64,000 bases of DNA. It comes from Paragordius varius. Lineage: Eukaryota > Animalia > Nematomorpha. The stretch lies in the NCBI GenBank assembly GCA_964247055.1, contig OZ176054.1, positions 5,332,001 to 5,396,000 of the forward strand, written 5' to 3'. The first letter of the stretch is position 1, and each line of letters begins with the position of its first letter. The position numbers were made by a program, and so were the translations under genes. Below are positions 12,829 through 24,764 of the stretch, one piece after another. The notes under the pieces are model-generated. The model searched no databases. It saw only the letters and a program-made list of their open reading frames with translations, and was not told where the DNA came from.

Positions 12829-13816
12829 ATTTCGAAAGTATATCTTTCCTCATTTATTAAAGATGTTGCAATATAATGTATAAAAGAACTAATTATTAAT
12901 CACCTCTAAATAAAGTTTTTAAATTTAAACAAATTATAGGAATATAATTAATTTACTTTTTGTTAATATATATTAAAGCTTTTCATGGATTACATGACCC
13001 ATAATAGAAATTGTTGGGGTTTTAGGATTGTCACAAACTAGTTAATAAGTTTTCAATGAAATTTTTTTTTGAAAATTAGATTATTATGAATGTTTACAAC
13101 CATTTTCTACGATAAAACTCCCAGCATTTATATCATCGTCATCTGTGCTGTGTGAGGAATCACCACATTACATAGTTTTCCAAGATGCATACATTGAAAA
13201 GACGAACATAACATTGGTTAATCCTATTCAAACGCTAGATTTTAGTCGTAAAATATGCCTTAAATATGTTTGCTCCATAGAACCGCAATGGTTATTTGAA
13301 TTTTATCCTACCCTATGTTCCTACACCTGTGATATAAGCAATAACAATAATGTCAAATATGATAGTGATATAGATGACATTTTGTGTTCAGCCAATGTTC
13401 AATATAGTTCACTTTTGTGGCCGCTCGGATGTTTTCCTACCCCGCTTCCTAGTCCCTTAAAACCCAGATTTATGGCAAGGTGTTTAATTTTTCATTTTGA
13501 AAAAAAAAGTTTTAATATAATTTAACTATTTTTTAATAATTTTTTACAAAAATTTAGATATTTTTTGGAGGGAATACTTTTCCCAAAATTATTGCCATTC
13601 ACCAAACTTTTGTTGATACCATTAGAGAACTTGCTCACTAACACTGATCAAGAATACAAACGATTTATCAACCAAATAACAAAAAATAATGTGCACAATA
13701 AAAAGCATATTATTGAGAAATGGAAAATTGAGCCCAAATTTTTATTAATTGATTATATAAAATTTATTCCACAAAGTTTTCATAATTTGGTACAAACTAT
13801 TTGGCCTCCAATATGA
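4908..13816 (+). CDS. DHX37: DEAH-box RNA helicase DHX37/Dhr1 (multi-exon)
   Basis: MCDLPI...[73 protein letters not shown] (DHX37-specific), [37 protein letters not shown]2 and OB-fold exons lie at ~8195-8503, 12062-12205, 12570-12720 and 13084-13490, and the last exon ends IWPPI* at 13816. Confidence 0.93.
7641..7900. mobile_element. Small hAT-like MITE (family also at ~19870-20168 and ~35270-35450)
   Basis: Terminus cagggatgg, subterminal gcgggccgca/ggcgggcc motifs. The reverse complement resembles 20040-20168 and 35370-35450 (tcttatgtttgaaatctaat...gcggcccgc/gccgcgaagccatttgt). Confidence 0.55.
9035..11310 (-). mobile_element. Decayed, 5'-truncated Ty3/gypsy LTR retrotransposon in a DHX37 intron (RT thumb, RNase H, integrase, PPT, 3' LTR)
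   Basis: VNYMGFEIS (RT), [39 protein letters not shown] (RNase H), HTGHNG..WPNL..ACERC (integrase Zn finger), [18 protein letters not shown] (integrase core). Purine tract aggagaaaga at ~9255-9264 precedes an AT-rich LTR containing a ~95-bp tandem duplication. Multiple frameshifts. Confidence 0.93.
11500..11745 (+). mobile_element. Second fragment of the same gypsy family (pol 3' end, PPT, LTR start) in the opposite orientation
   Basis: Matches the reverse complement of ~9175-9430 at roughly 80% by eye (gacataacaacacatgataacaacgcaagt..cacacctaaaccYagatatccac..gatcgctttactatagg). Confidence 0.85.
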
Positions 13817-13831
13817 TATCCGTAAACGCTT

Positions 13832-14635
13832 TTATAGTTCATCCTTTGACTGTTGACAATACTCTGCAATAACATAATAATAAATTAAATATACCTTGGC
13901 ATAACCATTTTTTTACGTTTTTCTCTATGTATGATTTCAACAAGCTTTGCTCGTTTACATTCTCTAAAATAAGCCAGCATAGTTCTTGTATTCTAACATA
14001 TTAATGTAATGTAAATTTATAATTTCGAATAATCATAAAAAAAATTGTTTATCTAAATATTACATTAAATTAAATTAATTATCATAGCAAATTTTAAATA
14101 TTCAAAAAAACGTAAAACAATACCATAATTCCTACAAATATTACCTTTGAGGCCATTTCCCTCCACCTTGTATCATACCGGCCACTTTCTCAATTTCTGG
14201 CATAGCCGGTCCTGAGAGTCGTAATTTCCCAGATACTTCTTTTACGCCATACCTTAAAATAATAATTTTTGTATAAGAATACTCACTCTTCAAATTCATA
14301 CATGCACGTTTTATCAATCAATTCTAGGATGTTGGCGGTGGGAAAGGCTTTCTTTTTTGCAAGTTGTCTTGCATTAACCCGTTCAAAATTGTTATTTATC
14401 TTTATATGTTATAATAGTGTGGACAATGTACTTGATAAGCTATTATTTTACATGCATCACATTTGAGTTCTTTAGGCATATGGGAACTATGCTGAACTTC
14501 TTCCGTTAAATTTGGAGCTTTGAATGATATTTTTTCTAATTTGCCTGCACTTCTATCATTTATTGTGGAGAGCACAATTTTTATTTGCAAGATCATGTAA
14601 ATAAAATTGTACAAAAAGAATATATAGAGCTTCAT
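13832..14635 (-). CDS. MZB1/pERp1-like ER-luminal saposin-fold (canopy-related) protein with C-terminal KDEL
   Basis: Hydrophobic N-terminus, then APNLTEEVQHSSHMPKELKCDACKIIAYQ, ...IDKTC...EYGVKEVSGKLRLSGP...GGGKWPQRIQELC..., ending WLCQEYCQQSKDEL*. The motif order matches MZB1 (HMP..L.CDAC..VAYQ; YGV.EV....RL.GP; GG.WP.RL...C). Confidence 0.85.
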
Positions 14636-14665
14636 TTTAGTTTTTATCGTATAAAAGTTAGAATG

Positions 14666-15050
14666 TTTTGTAAGAATAAGTCGTTCTATTTATGTAACAC
14701 ATTCGGAAGATATGGTGGAGTGTTTTTAAAAACGCCTCCACCAATAACACGATTTGTAGAACTAAGTTATAAGCTTTATAATTTTTTTTAATTAATATTA
14801 AGGCAGTTCCAAAAATCTGGTAAAAGTGGATATACTTTTTGTGAAAGTTAACGATATCATATGCTATTTGACTGATTCTATTAGTTTTTCTGGTAATTAT
14901 GAAAAGAATCATCTGGGGTTGGCTAAAGTAAAATTTCTTGGGATTTTATATAGTTTATCTGTAAATATTCCCTTTGAATTATGAGAGAAGGGGTGCCATT
15001 TCACGTATAAAAAGTTTTTATTACATGCAAACCTTGGTTAATTTTTTAGA
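14666..15050 (+). CDS. Small unidentified spliced gene, head-to-head with the MZB1-like gene
   Basis: ATG at 14666, MFCKNKSFYLCNTFGRYGGVFLKTPPPITRF, followed by GT..AG mini-introns and further open stretches. Family not recognised. Confidence 0.3.
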
Positions 15051-15794
15051 TTTAAGATATTTATTAATGATATTTGTTTCTTAAATCAACAATAGTTGAT
15101 AAATGATTTCGCAACTCTATATTATTTACCGTAAACACTCCTTAATATGGGTTTAAAAATGCAAAATTTAAAGTAAAATTGTCAAAATTATATTTTGGGC
15201 AATTATAATCCCAGCCCATTAATAACATGATAATATGTATCAATATTATAAGTTATAAATTTGTTGTATCAACTATTTTATAGCGATCGGAAGCGGAAGA
15301 TCTAGGTTTTTATTAAAACCGTTTTGAAACAAAATATATTTTAGTGGGTCCACCGTTTTTCCAACTAGAATCACAGAAACGTTTTCAAAAAAAATATTTT
15401 TTAAATTTTATCAAATAATATATTTGATTTTAAACCAATTATCCACCGTTTATTCAAAACTATTCTAGAAAAAAAATGACTCCAAAATTTATCAAATTAC
15501 AAATAAACTAAAATTAATAGCGCTTGTTATATTGCCTTCACTGATATGGATCAATTTTAAGTTAAAGTGCAAAATTTTGAATACATATTCTGCAATTTTT
15601 TGTATCCATCATATACATATTTACTCAAGTAGAAACATTTATTTTTTGTAATAATGATTGCTTATAATAATTATTTAGAAATCATAAAACGTAGTTTGAC
15701 AAAAGCAGCATTCAGTGGTAAATCAATGGATCCTCCTGAGACAGCAATAAGTAATGTATTGGCTAAAACTATTTATTTTCTTATCTTTTTTGCC

Positions 15795-18700
15795 ATGATT
15801 TTTATCACAAAAATAATTTCATTCTCCTTCATATTGAGTATTGGTTGTGATCGATGTTTTAATTCGTATGAACAATGCATAAGTCATATCAAATGTAAAA
15901 CATCCCTATTAATATTTTTAAAGGATTGTAAATCTATGAAATGTACCCATTTCAAGTATTAAATAATTTTATGCCATATTTATCATTAGTCCTGATTGTT
16001 GGTATATTTGGTTGGAACTTAAGGAGTATTTCCACACCAATTGCGGGTGCAACGAAAAAAGGTGTCAGCAAATGCGTTTCATACTAAAAGATATTCCATG
16101 TATAGGTAAATATTTTATTTTTGATAAAATAAATAAATTAATAATTTTCAATAATTCAAAATATTCCATCATAACGCTTTTGCAGACGCTTTATAGACTT
16201 AAGAAGAAAGTTTTATTGGTAGGGGGCATTTGCGGTGGTTGAAGCTCTATAACGACTTTGGTTCAATTTAAAATTATAAAACCTCTAGTTACATTTTAAC
16301 ATTTTTAATTTCAAAAGAATCAACCTGATTTCATTACTTTTTAAGCCCTGGGTTTTTAGGCCTAGATACTGACATTTAGATAAAAAATTTAATACTCCAC
16401 AACCTATGGAAATCGACGATAAAATCTTACGGAACCTTATTTCCGCAATAATTCTAGAGTACCGAAAGGATGTTTCATTATGACTTGTATGATAAATTAT
16501 AAAACACCAAAGAATTTTTTTATCAATCATCCTTATCTCGGGGGAACAGGGTTATATTATAAAATCATGAGTAGATGCCACACTTGGCAAATACAGAAGT
16601 TAAGTATAACGTAAGGGACATGAGGTAATATAAATGGTTACACTACCTATATTCACATCTTATTGATAACTTTTGATTCAGTGTGAAAGTTGTTTAATAT
16701 TAAAAATTTGAAGGCATATGATTTATATTCATTTAGATATTATGCCAATAGCTTTTAATAAAATATTTTTTTCCATGATAGGCGAAACTCAGACCTCATC
16801 TACCGTTGAAGTTAATCCACACTTTGATCCCAATTTGCAAGTGAAATATTTGGACATGAATATCAGTGACATATTACTGAAATTAGAAAATTTTGAAAAT
16901 AACAGTGTTTCCATAAACCTGTATGAAAAACAAGATATCTTAATTGGTATAAGTTTAATAACTTGTAGATAGATGTCCCGGTCACGTTAATAATTGCTTT
17001 CGGACTAAAGCTTGTCTTAATTATTATATTCAAAAAACATCGTATGGAGAAATGATACATAAACTACAGCCAAATTACTCTACGTGTTTATTTTTATTAT
17101 TGCTTAATTAGTGGTGTTTTAAGCTCCTTAACTGACCAGTTTTTAATGACAGCAATTCTGAATTCTTAAAATACAACCAACCAGTCAATTTTTTTTAAAT
17201 TTATCTATGTCACGTTAAATAAAATGTCATAATAATGATATGAAACCTATACTAAATGTGGAATTTCAAAAAAAATATCATTTTTTTTAATTTTTCATTA
17301 ATATTGAATATATTATAGTACTGAAGCAATTTTATTGGTTAAAATCGTTTTATAATTAATTACAAGATTCGTTTGTATTTGTTATATATTGACTGTTGAC
17401 TAAAAATGACTGTATTCATAAGCAGTCATATGGTTATTATATTCTCATTTGATAAAAACCCAAATTTAACTCTAAAAATGAGTTTAGTATTTTTATATAC
17501 AAATAATTGAACTTTAAAAAGAAACATTAAGTTTGCGTAAGAGTATCCTTATATATTATGATATGGTTATTTTTAAATAACAATGTAAGGTCCTAATTAT
17601 AATTTGCATTTACCATTACCAAACATTAATTTTTTTAAAAATATACAGGTAGATATCGAACGGGAATAGTCTGCAGTTATTTTAAATGATGCAATTAAGG
17701 CTAAAAATTTAAATTTGGACAATTAATTTTTACTATGAATATATAAATAATCTTGGAAACAATATTTTCAATAGATTGTGACGATCAATGTGATTTAACA
17801 AAGAACCTTGAAAAATGTTTATTGCATTCATATTATTTTAACCAATCTTGCTCTCGTGTAAAGGCTTTATGTTTACGAAAAAAATCATGCAGGTATATTT
17901 ATATAATTAAATTTATGAGGCCCATAAAAAACACTAAAAAATCCTATTACTCCAAACACAAATTAGTTTTAACCTTTATTTTAATTTTGAATTAATGCAT
18001 GATGATCAGGATGAGTGAATTAGTTTGTAGACGCTGTTAATTTAAAAATATTTATTATAAAGGGGGTAATTATAGGGAAGCCTGCTGCTGTGTATTATTT
18101 CTAGCTAGTAGCCTAACTGTAGCTCTCGTTAAATGACCTAATACTGTTATTAAGAAAATATACGGCTAATCTTTCTGATATATTCTAATAGAATTAATAC
18201 TTTTTCATTCATATTAGCCCTTTTCCTTCAATATTCATCCTTGTCCTCAAAAATTATTCTATTCTTCCGATTTGCCCAGGCTCCATTAAACTTTATATTT
18301 GAGAAAGTTGACAATTAAAAATAGTGTTAAGTTACTTTAAATCTTTTATTTTAGTTAGGTTAATTATGTATAAAAATAAAAATTTAAATAGTTTTTCACA
18401 CCCTTGCAATAAACTTTTGATTATTAACAAATTCAGACAAACAAAGTTGTACCTTAGCTTTATTGTGATATATGTCAATTTATGGCGTGATTGATACGCA
18501 TGTGGAAAGTCTTATTTATTTTAATTTTTTAAAAACCCTTAAGAAATTCAAATCATTTAGGAAATAATGGTTAAAAAGAATAAAGGTAAGGATGTACATT
18601 GATGATATTAAGCGGAATTGGTATCTAAAATATGCTGTTTTATTTTTAAAATCCCAAACGTAACATATCAACTATTTTAATTACAAATTTTTAAAATTTT

Positions 18701-19465
18701 TGTAATTTTATAGTAATTTACATTATGGTGACATTATAGGTTACAATATTTAACCATATTAAAAATATCCGATTACCTAGACCTAATTTAAAATGCATTA
18801 TTTATATCGATAGCCAATTATTTGAAATTTATGTTGCCACATGTGCTACTAAAAAAATTTGTAATGAACCACAAAAATGTGTTGATTCTTGGATAAAATT
18901 AATATCCACCGAACTTGGCATAATTAATTGTTCTTGCCAAGCTACTACTGATGGTGAAAGCAAAACATGTACCACTTTTCAAACTAGATTGTTCGGCAAT
19001 AAATGCGTAAGTATGTACTTTCAATTTATTAACTTTTTATGAAAATTACATTTTTATAAGTTGCCTGTTTAACATAAACTTCAAATATGAGAAGTTTGTT
19101 TATATCATTTAAATTAATTTGCATAAGCTATGATAAAAATAGTCTTTTTTATATTATATAATTATCATCATCAGCTAGGGGACTAATCCTTCAAAAACAA
19201 AAGAGTGATGCCTTAAATATGGAGAAAAAGATAACGGAAAAAGATTTGGCTTTAACATTGACAAGTATACAGAATTTTTTTGTCTAATTTATAGATTCAT
19301 GTCATGTGTCCATACTACCGTCTCAGCCTATATACGAGATCCCAAAGCGTATCCCTATTAGAGTATAAAAAATCTGATTTTTTATTAACTATTGAGTCAT
19401 TACATTTCAAGATAGAGCCGAATAGAATGTTTATCTTGTTAGGGCCCTTCACCATAAAATACTGA
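15795..19465 (+). CDS. GFRalpha/GAS1 (GDNF-receptor domain) cysteine-rich secreted or membrane-anchored protein
   Basis: Signal peptide MIFITKIISFSFILSIGC. Two complete 10-Cys GDNF/GAS1 domains after splicing: CFNSYEQCISHIKCKTSLLIFLKDCKSMKCTHFNPDCWYIWLELKEYFHTNCGCNEKRCQQMRFILKDIPC and CSRVKALCLRKKSCSQLFEIYVATCATKKICNEPQKCVDSWIKLISTELGIINCSCQATTDGESKTCTTFQTRLFGNKC. A probable middle domain starts CPGHVNNCFRTKACLNYY at ~16975. Middle and 3' exons are tentative. Confidence 0.8.
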
Positions 19466-20296
19466 CAAATATTAAATAGTTTTTTGCTAGATATTCAGAT
19501 ATTTAAACACTTGATAAGTACCTCAAAAAATTACTTAAACAATTTAGTAGCATAAAAAGCACTTATAGCGCCGCATCAGCTCATTTAGAGTAAGCGGGGT
19601 GTTTAAAATATTTTATATTTAAGTATAATACCGCAGTAATAACAAAAAAAAAATATACATCTTACTCTTATCTTTACAAATTAGATTTATAAGAAATTTA
19701 ATACTAATGTAGCGAATGACCATAAAACAATTTTCAAATTAATAAAAATTCTACGTTTTAAATTTTATCATCCACTAAGATTTTGAATCACTAGCAATTT
19801 TCCTGAAAACATATATCGTAGTAAATTTGATATATTCCGTAAATATTTTGGTAATTATAGTTTGAATCAGGAGTATTTAGCACGCAAAGCTCCAAGGATC
19901 TATTTTAGGCTGGGGAAAAATTTGGGTTGGTACAAATATGCTCATAAAATCTTGCTTAAATTGATACACTTAAACTATTTTTTTAAATAAGTCCAATAGG
20001 TAAGAACTAGAAAAAAATGTTATATGATTGCGTTTTACAGTCTTATGTTTGAAATCTAATAAATTATTTATGAATTCTGATATATATAATATATATATTT
20101 CCAATGAGACCCGCCTGTTTTTTAGTTAAAATTGCAGCCGCGAAGCCATTTGTATTGGACACCCCTGGTTTAAATAAATTTTGAAGGATCATAGTTTTGA
20201 ATCTCTAAAACCGATAAACAGATTATTAAACTCGGTTTAAATTGTAAATTCATAAAAAACTGGCGAGTTACCATTTTATAATAATTATATATATAA

Positions 20297-20334
<38 letters not shown>

Positions 20335-20899
20335 TCATAAATCAATCACCAGTAGTTTAATATAAAATGTTTATTGTGAAGTTCTTACCGGTTTTACTAA
20401 GAAAAGAGGTCAGCCAAAATTACGCAGATGATTAATTTCGTTAATCTGAGATTAAACGAGCATCACACACTAGTTGACTTCGCCAAAAAATAATGTTTAT
20501 AATTTATCATTAAATAATGTCGAATTTTGTGAAAAAGAACGCGACATGCATTGTCAGCTGTAAAAAGCTGTAAATTATCGTTTGCTAGCAAAAACCTTTG
20601 GTGAACATACTTTATTGATGTTGTGATTTCTTCTGGACTGTCGTCGCTCTGGTAGTCCACACAACTGGCTAAAGTGCGAGTTTATCGGTTGATGACTTAC
20701 TTCAACGGATAATAATTGGTAAAGTAGTACAGACATCTAAAAACATAAACAATCAATATATGTCTACTCTACGTTATAGGAAAGAACTATAAACTCGTTT
20801 AGTGGGCCCCATACAATTTTAGTTAACGTCAAATAAAAAATCGCATAGCCTCCTCAACAGAAATTTTTGCATTAAAATGAGACGAATGATGAGAAATGG

Positions 20900-21485
20900 C
20901 TTTAGTTTGTAAATTCAAAGAGAAAAAATCGTAGATTTTATCTACCACGTTCCACATAAGGCCGAAGCCATTAATAAGACTTTGCCTGGTGGGGCCAAGA
21001 CGGTAATGTACATTATGAACTTTGGAAGCCCCTTGATATTGTTATTACACACGCTATCGGCAATATGATCAATTAAAACCGTCCATTAATCGAAAAAACG
21101 ACCAAGATGGTGCGACATGTAACTGTATTTTCCTAAAAATGCTTCCTCTCGCACAGAAAAAACAGTGAAAGGCACATTGAAATTGCTACGTGAGAAATTC
21201 TTTCGCTTCCACTAAAGTCTCCTGACCTGACGCTATTTGACTGGTACAACTCGCATCAATGGGAAAAACCCTCAAAGAGAAGGTACTTCAATAATTATGA
21301 AGACGTTAGAAAATGGCGTGGCGAATGGTTGTCTGCAAAAGATAATCGGTTTTTTGGCACGATACTGATATATTAGCTGAGAGATGGGCGAGTAAAAACC
21401 GATGTGCAAAATACATAATTAATTTCCTTTCAAAATTACATTTTAAATATTAAAAAACCGGTAAAAACTTATGAATAGCCCTGTA
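20900..21485 (+). mobile_element. Decayed mariner (DD34D) transposase 3' half with right TIR-like end
   Basis: Frameshifted peptides HYELWKP, NASSRTEKTVK, PLKSPDLTLFDW (PPYSPDLAP.D motif), FNNYEDVRKW..EWLSAKD..FF, LAERW. Ends in ...aaaaacttatgaatagccctgta-ta. Confidence 0.8.
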
Positions 21486-21519
21486 TATTGGTATATTTTA
21501 ATATTTTATATCTTTTTTG

Positions 21520-21551
<32 letters not shown>

Positions 21552-21565
21552 CGTGTGTGCACCAG

Positions 21566-22861
21566 ATCTACAATGAACACAAAGATTGCTCCAAAATATG
21601 TGAATGCCTAAATAATGATATGTTACAATGCATTTCATTACCATGTTTAACTATTAGTCCATGTATTCGAAAATTTGCTCTATACAGTTTTTTTTATTTT
21701 TAATATAAATATTTTTGTAGAACACGGTTCTCCTTCCTACGAAGCTTACCGGGGTTATTGTTTATGTTTTATGGGAAAATTTATTTGCACGAAACCCGAA
21801 CCTGATATATACACTTTCTCTCCACTAAACAAAGGTACAGTTACAATTAAAAATTTTACAGACAAAACTTTAAACCTAAACAGCAAATTTTTTTTCTAAA
21901 TATCAACTATTTTTTTCCTAATATTTTTAACATGTTGCAAAATTTAAATAGGTACCACTTTCAATCATATATTCCTAGAAATTTAATTATGAGATTATGT
22001 AGGATATATCTAGGTGCTTTAACATTTTTTTAAATTTTTATATTAGTGAATTTTTTATTTTCATAGTATATTACTACTTTGGTACGCTCGCATTTAGACC
22101 CAGCATGGGATAAATAGCATTATCCGCATTATGCAGGCTTTTAAGTGGATTTTTTCTAATAATTAACAAAAAAATTAAAGAAGTTATTATATTTTAATTT
22201 TTTTTTTTATTATCAGAACTTCAAAATACTCTCTACCTTGTGATAATATATATTATAAATTCATAACCTAACTTTGATAACGAAAATGTATAGATAATCA
22301 GCATGTGATAATTACTTTTTAGGCACTATGTGAACCTAATTATTTTAAAAGAGTGGTCTACTGTATACATTTGTAAGTATAATTTGTTTCTTAGGGTTGT
22401 ATTTAGCGATCGGTTATAGTGATCTGGAATACTACTTGATAGAAAAGGCAATAAATGTGGATAAAAATCAAATAATAACCTCAATACAAAACTTTATCTA
22501 TACTCATTTAGAAGGTGTACCCTTGAAAGATGATGAGAAATATTGTATCGCAACACTTTACAATCGTTTTGAGGATAATTTATTATTGGAAATAAAATAT
22601 GTACAAACAAACATTTCCGTTAAACAAAATATAAAAATGTCACAAAAATGCATAAATTCTGTGTTTAAATTGTCAGAATCAATTAACAAACAAGATTTTG
22701 TCATCATAAAAGATCCAATTTTATCCATATTCAAATTGTCAGAAGTTTATAACTATCTACCTCAAATAGTAATATCTAAGGCTAGAAATGATATTTATAC
22801 TTTTTCATTCATAACTATGTTGTTAATGTATGCATTATTTTTCATCTTTTTTCTTCAGTAA
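21566..22861 (+). CDS. Cys-rich (VWC/pacifastin-like module) protein with C-terminal hydrophobic anchor; 5' exons unresolved
   Basis: Spliced IYNEHKDCSKICECLNNDMLQCISLPCLTISPCIRKFALYKHGSPSYEAYRGYCLCFMGKFICTKPEPD, then YLAIGYSDLEYYLI... and a terminal hydrophobic tail FSFITMLLMYALFFIFFLQ*. From memory it resembles an uncharacterised invertebrate family; not verified. Confidence 0.65.
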
Positions 22862-24330
22862 AACCATTGCCGTTGGATCACCTGCAAATAAATTTTTAAA
22901 TATAATTTTTATTATGTAAAATTATTAAATAATTATTATATTTATTTATAATTTTTATAATAATTCACACGGATGGCTTGGATATAGTCAACGATGATTT
23001 AAATTCAAAAAATACGCTTATTACATTTGTGATCTCATAAGGACAGAAATAACTTTTTATCCAACAAATCAACCTTAATGAATTTTTAAATAATTTTTTA
23101 GTTTACTTGAAAAATTATTTGGTTGCGCATAATCGGTTATAAATGTAGTCAGACTGTAATAGCAAAAATAACTAGTTAAAATTATAAAATATGGTGTAAA
23201 TCTTGAAAAAAATGTAAAAAAAGTTAATTTTTAAAAAAACTATAAAATTTTTAATGATCACTTCATTAAATTAATTAATTGGTTTGTTTTTTAATTAGAA
23301 TGTAAAAAATATTATTTATTGACTTGAAGACTCTATTATCGGTCAGGTAGTTGCTTGATCAGTTAAGATAACCCCATATAATATAAATGAAATACACCTG
23401 ACTTTTCTATGCCTAGATAAAGCACGCAATCTATTATTTAAACCAATTTTCCCACTGTAAGTGAAAAACAGCTTTTTAACATAGGGGATCATATTCATTA
23501 ATTATTGGAAAAATTATTATAATTATTATTTTGTAAAATTAGATTAACACGATTTTTGCCGAGGTATTATGTTATCATATAAAAAATTTCAAAATTAACC
23601 AAAATTTCTAGGAAAAAATATCAGGCATATTCTTATAAAATTTACAATAATTTATGCGATTATTAATTAATATAAATATACTTGTAATCAGTCTTCCCAT
23701 AGTTATATCGCTATGGATTAATGGAGTGGTTCGGGCCGCTAACACAGGACTGAATACTACGTTAGTTGGTAAATCAATGCCATTTTCAATATTGGTCTCC
23801 AAATTAGCCTTAAAAAGAGGGAAAGTCACGAGTTTCTTAAAGGTTGTCATCCAGCCTGTTGGGGTTTCATCATTACCGATTTTGACCGATTTAAAACTCA
23901 TACTACTAATATTTGTAATGGGTATTCTATTGAGGTCTACATGTTAAAATGTATTTACCAAGTTTTTCAAAAAAAATAAGAATTTATCAATATACAACAA
24001 TTATTAGGATATCGATGCGTAATTTATTTAACATATTAAAAAAACGTAAGGAACTTATTATAAAGTTCTTGATACCACTAGTTAGGTAGATTATTGGGTA
24101 AACTGGTTTATTTACAAAAAAATAATAATTTAGGATTTGACTCAATCTAGACTTTTATAAATAGATATAAACTATCATCCACAATCGTAATCAAATACAG
24201 TATGTACATTTACGGCTTATTCGCACTATAATTGGTAAATTGTAACACAGAAGTGTATTTGGGTAAAAACAACAAAATGTTGAAATTCAACAATTTTTTC
24301 CTTATGCATATTTAATAATGGAGAAAATTA
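22855..24330 (-). CDS. Unidentified multi-exon gene, convergent with the Cys-rich gene
   Basis: Long exon ~23670-23938 (DLNRIPITNISSMSFKSVKIGNDETPTGWMTTFKKLVTFPLFKANL...FSPVLAARTTPLIHSDITMGRLIT) bounded by AG/GT. Terminal exons near 23055-22968 and 22884-22855. 5' limit uncertain. Confidence 0.5.
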
Positions 24331-24370
24331 GTTTCACAACACATGCTTCATTATTTTAGATCTACCAATA

Positions 24371-24585
24371 CAGTCATGTATCCTTTATTTTATTAAAAAT
24401 TTGTTAAATGGGTATAAATATTTGGTAAAGCATGGAAAAAACAAGAGCTCCATGGTAATTCTTATTTTTTTTGATGAACATGATGGTGTTAATATCATAG
24501 TGCTCTTGTATTTTCCATTTACCAAATATTCATACCCATTTAACGAAAAAAATAAATTTTTGATAAAATAAAGGATACATGACTG
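24371..24585. mobile_element. Tc1/mariner-type MITE, copy 1
   Basis: Long TIR cagtcatgtatcctttattttat ... ataaaataaaggatacatgactg flanked by TA on both sides; almost entirely palindromic. Confidence 0.9.
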
Positions 24586-24764
24586 TAAGGGAATGAGCCG
24601 CATAAATGTGCACACTATTAATAATATTATATATATATATATATAACAGCAATTTTTTTCTAAAATAAAACGTATTTCTCACAACTTACCATGCGTAAAT
24701 GATTCTTTCGGTTTGGGATAAAAAACGTATAGAAGCAATAACACTAACACGACAACCAATAATA

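Noticed and set aside
14666-15050. EMRE/SMDT1 or MRPL51 identity for the small plus-strand gene
   Set aside because: Only a few residues resemble either family, and no splice path reproduced their conserved cores.
15520-15790. Minus-strand LLIAVSGGS peptide suggesting CTU2/TilS-like or 6PGL protein
   Set aside because: There is an in-frame stop just upstream, no room for a start before the GFRalpha-like ATG, and no convincing downstream motifs; it may be chance.
16780-16920. Cytochrome P450-like reading AKLRPHLPLKLIHTLIPIC
   Set aside because: No P450 I-helix, ExxR or heme-Cys motif nearby; the segment lies within the GFRalpha-like gene.
23654-23947. 97-aa plus-strand ORF
   Set aside because: Antisense to the splice-bounded minus-strand exon; no supporting splice signals.
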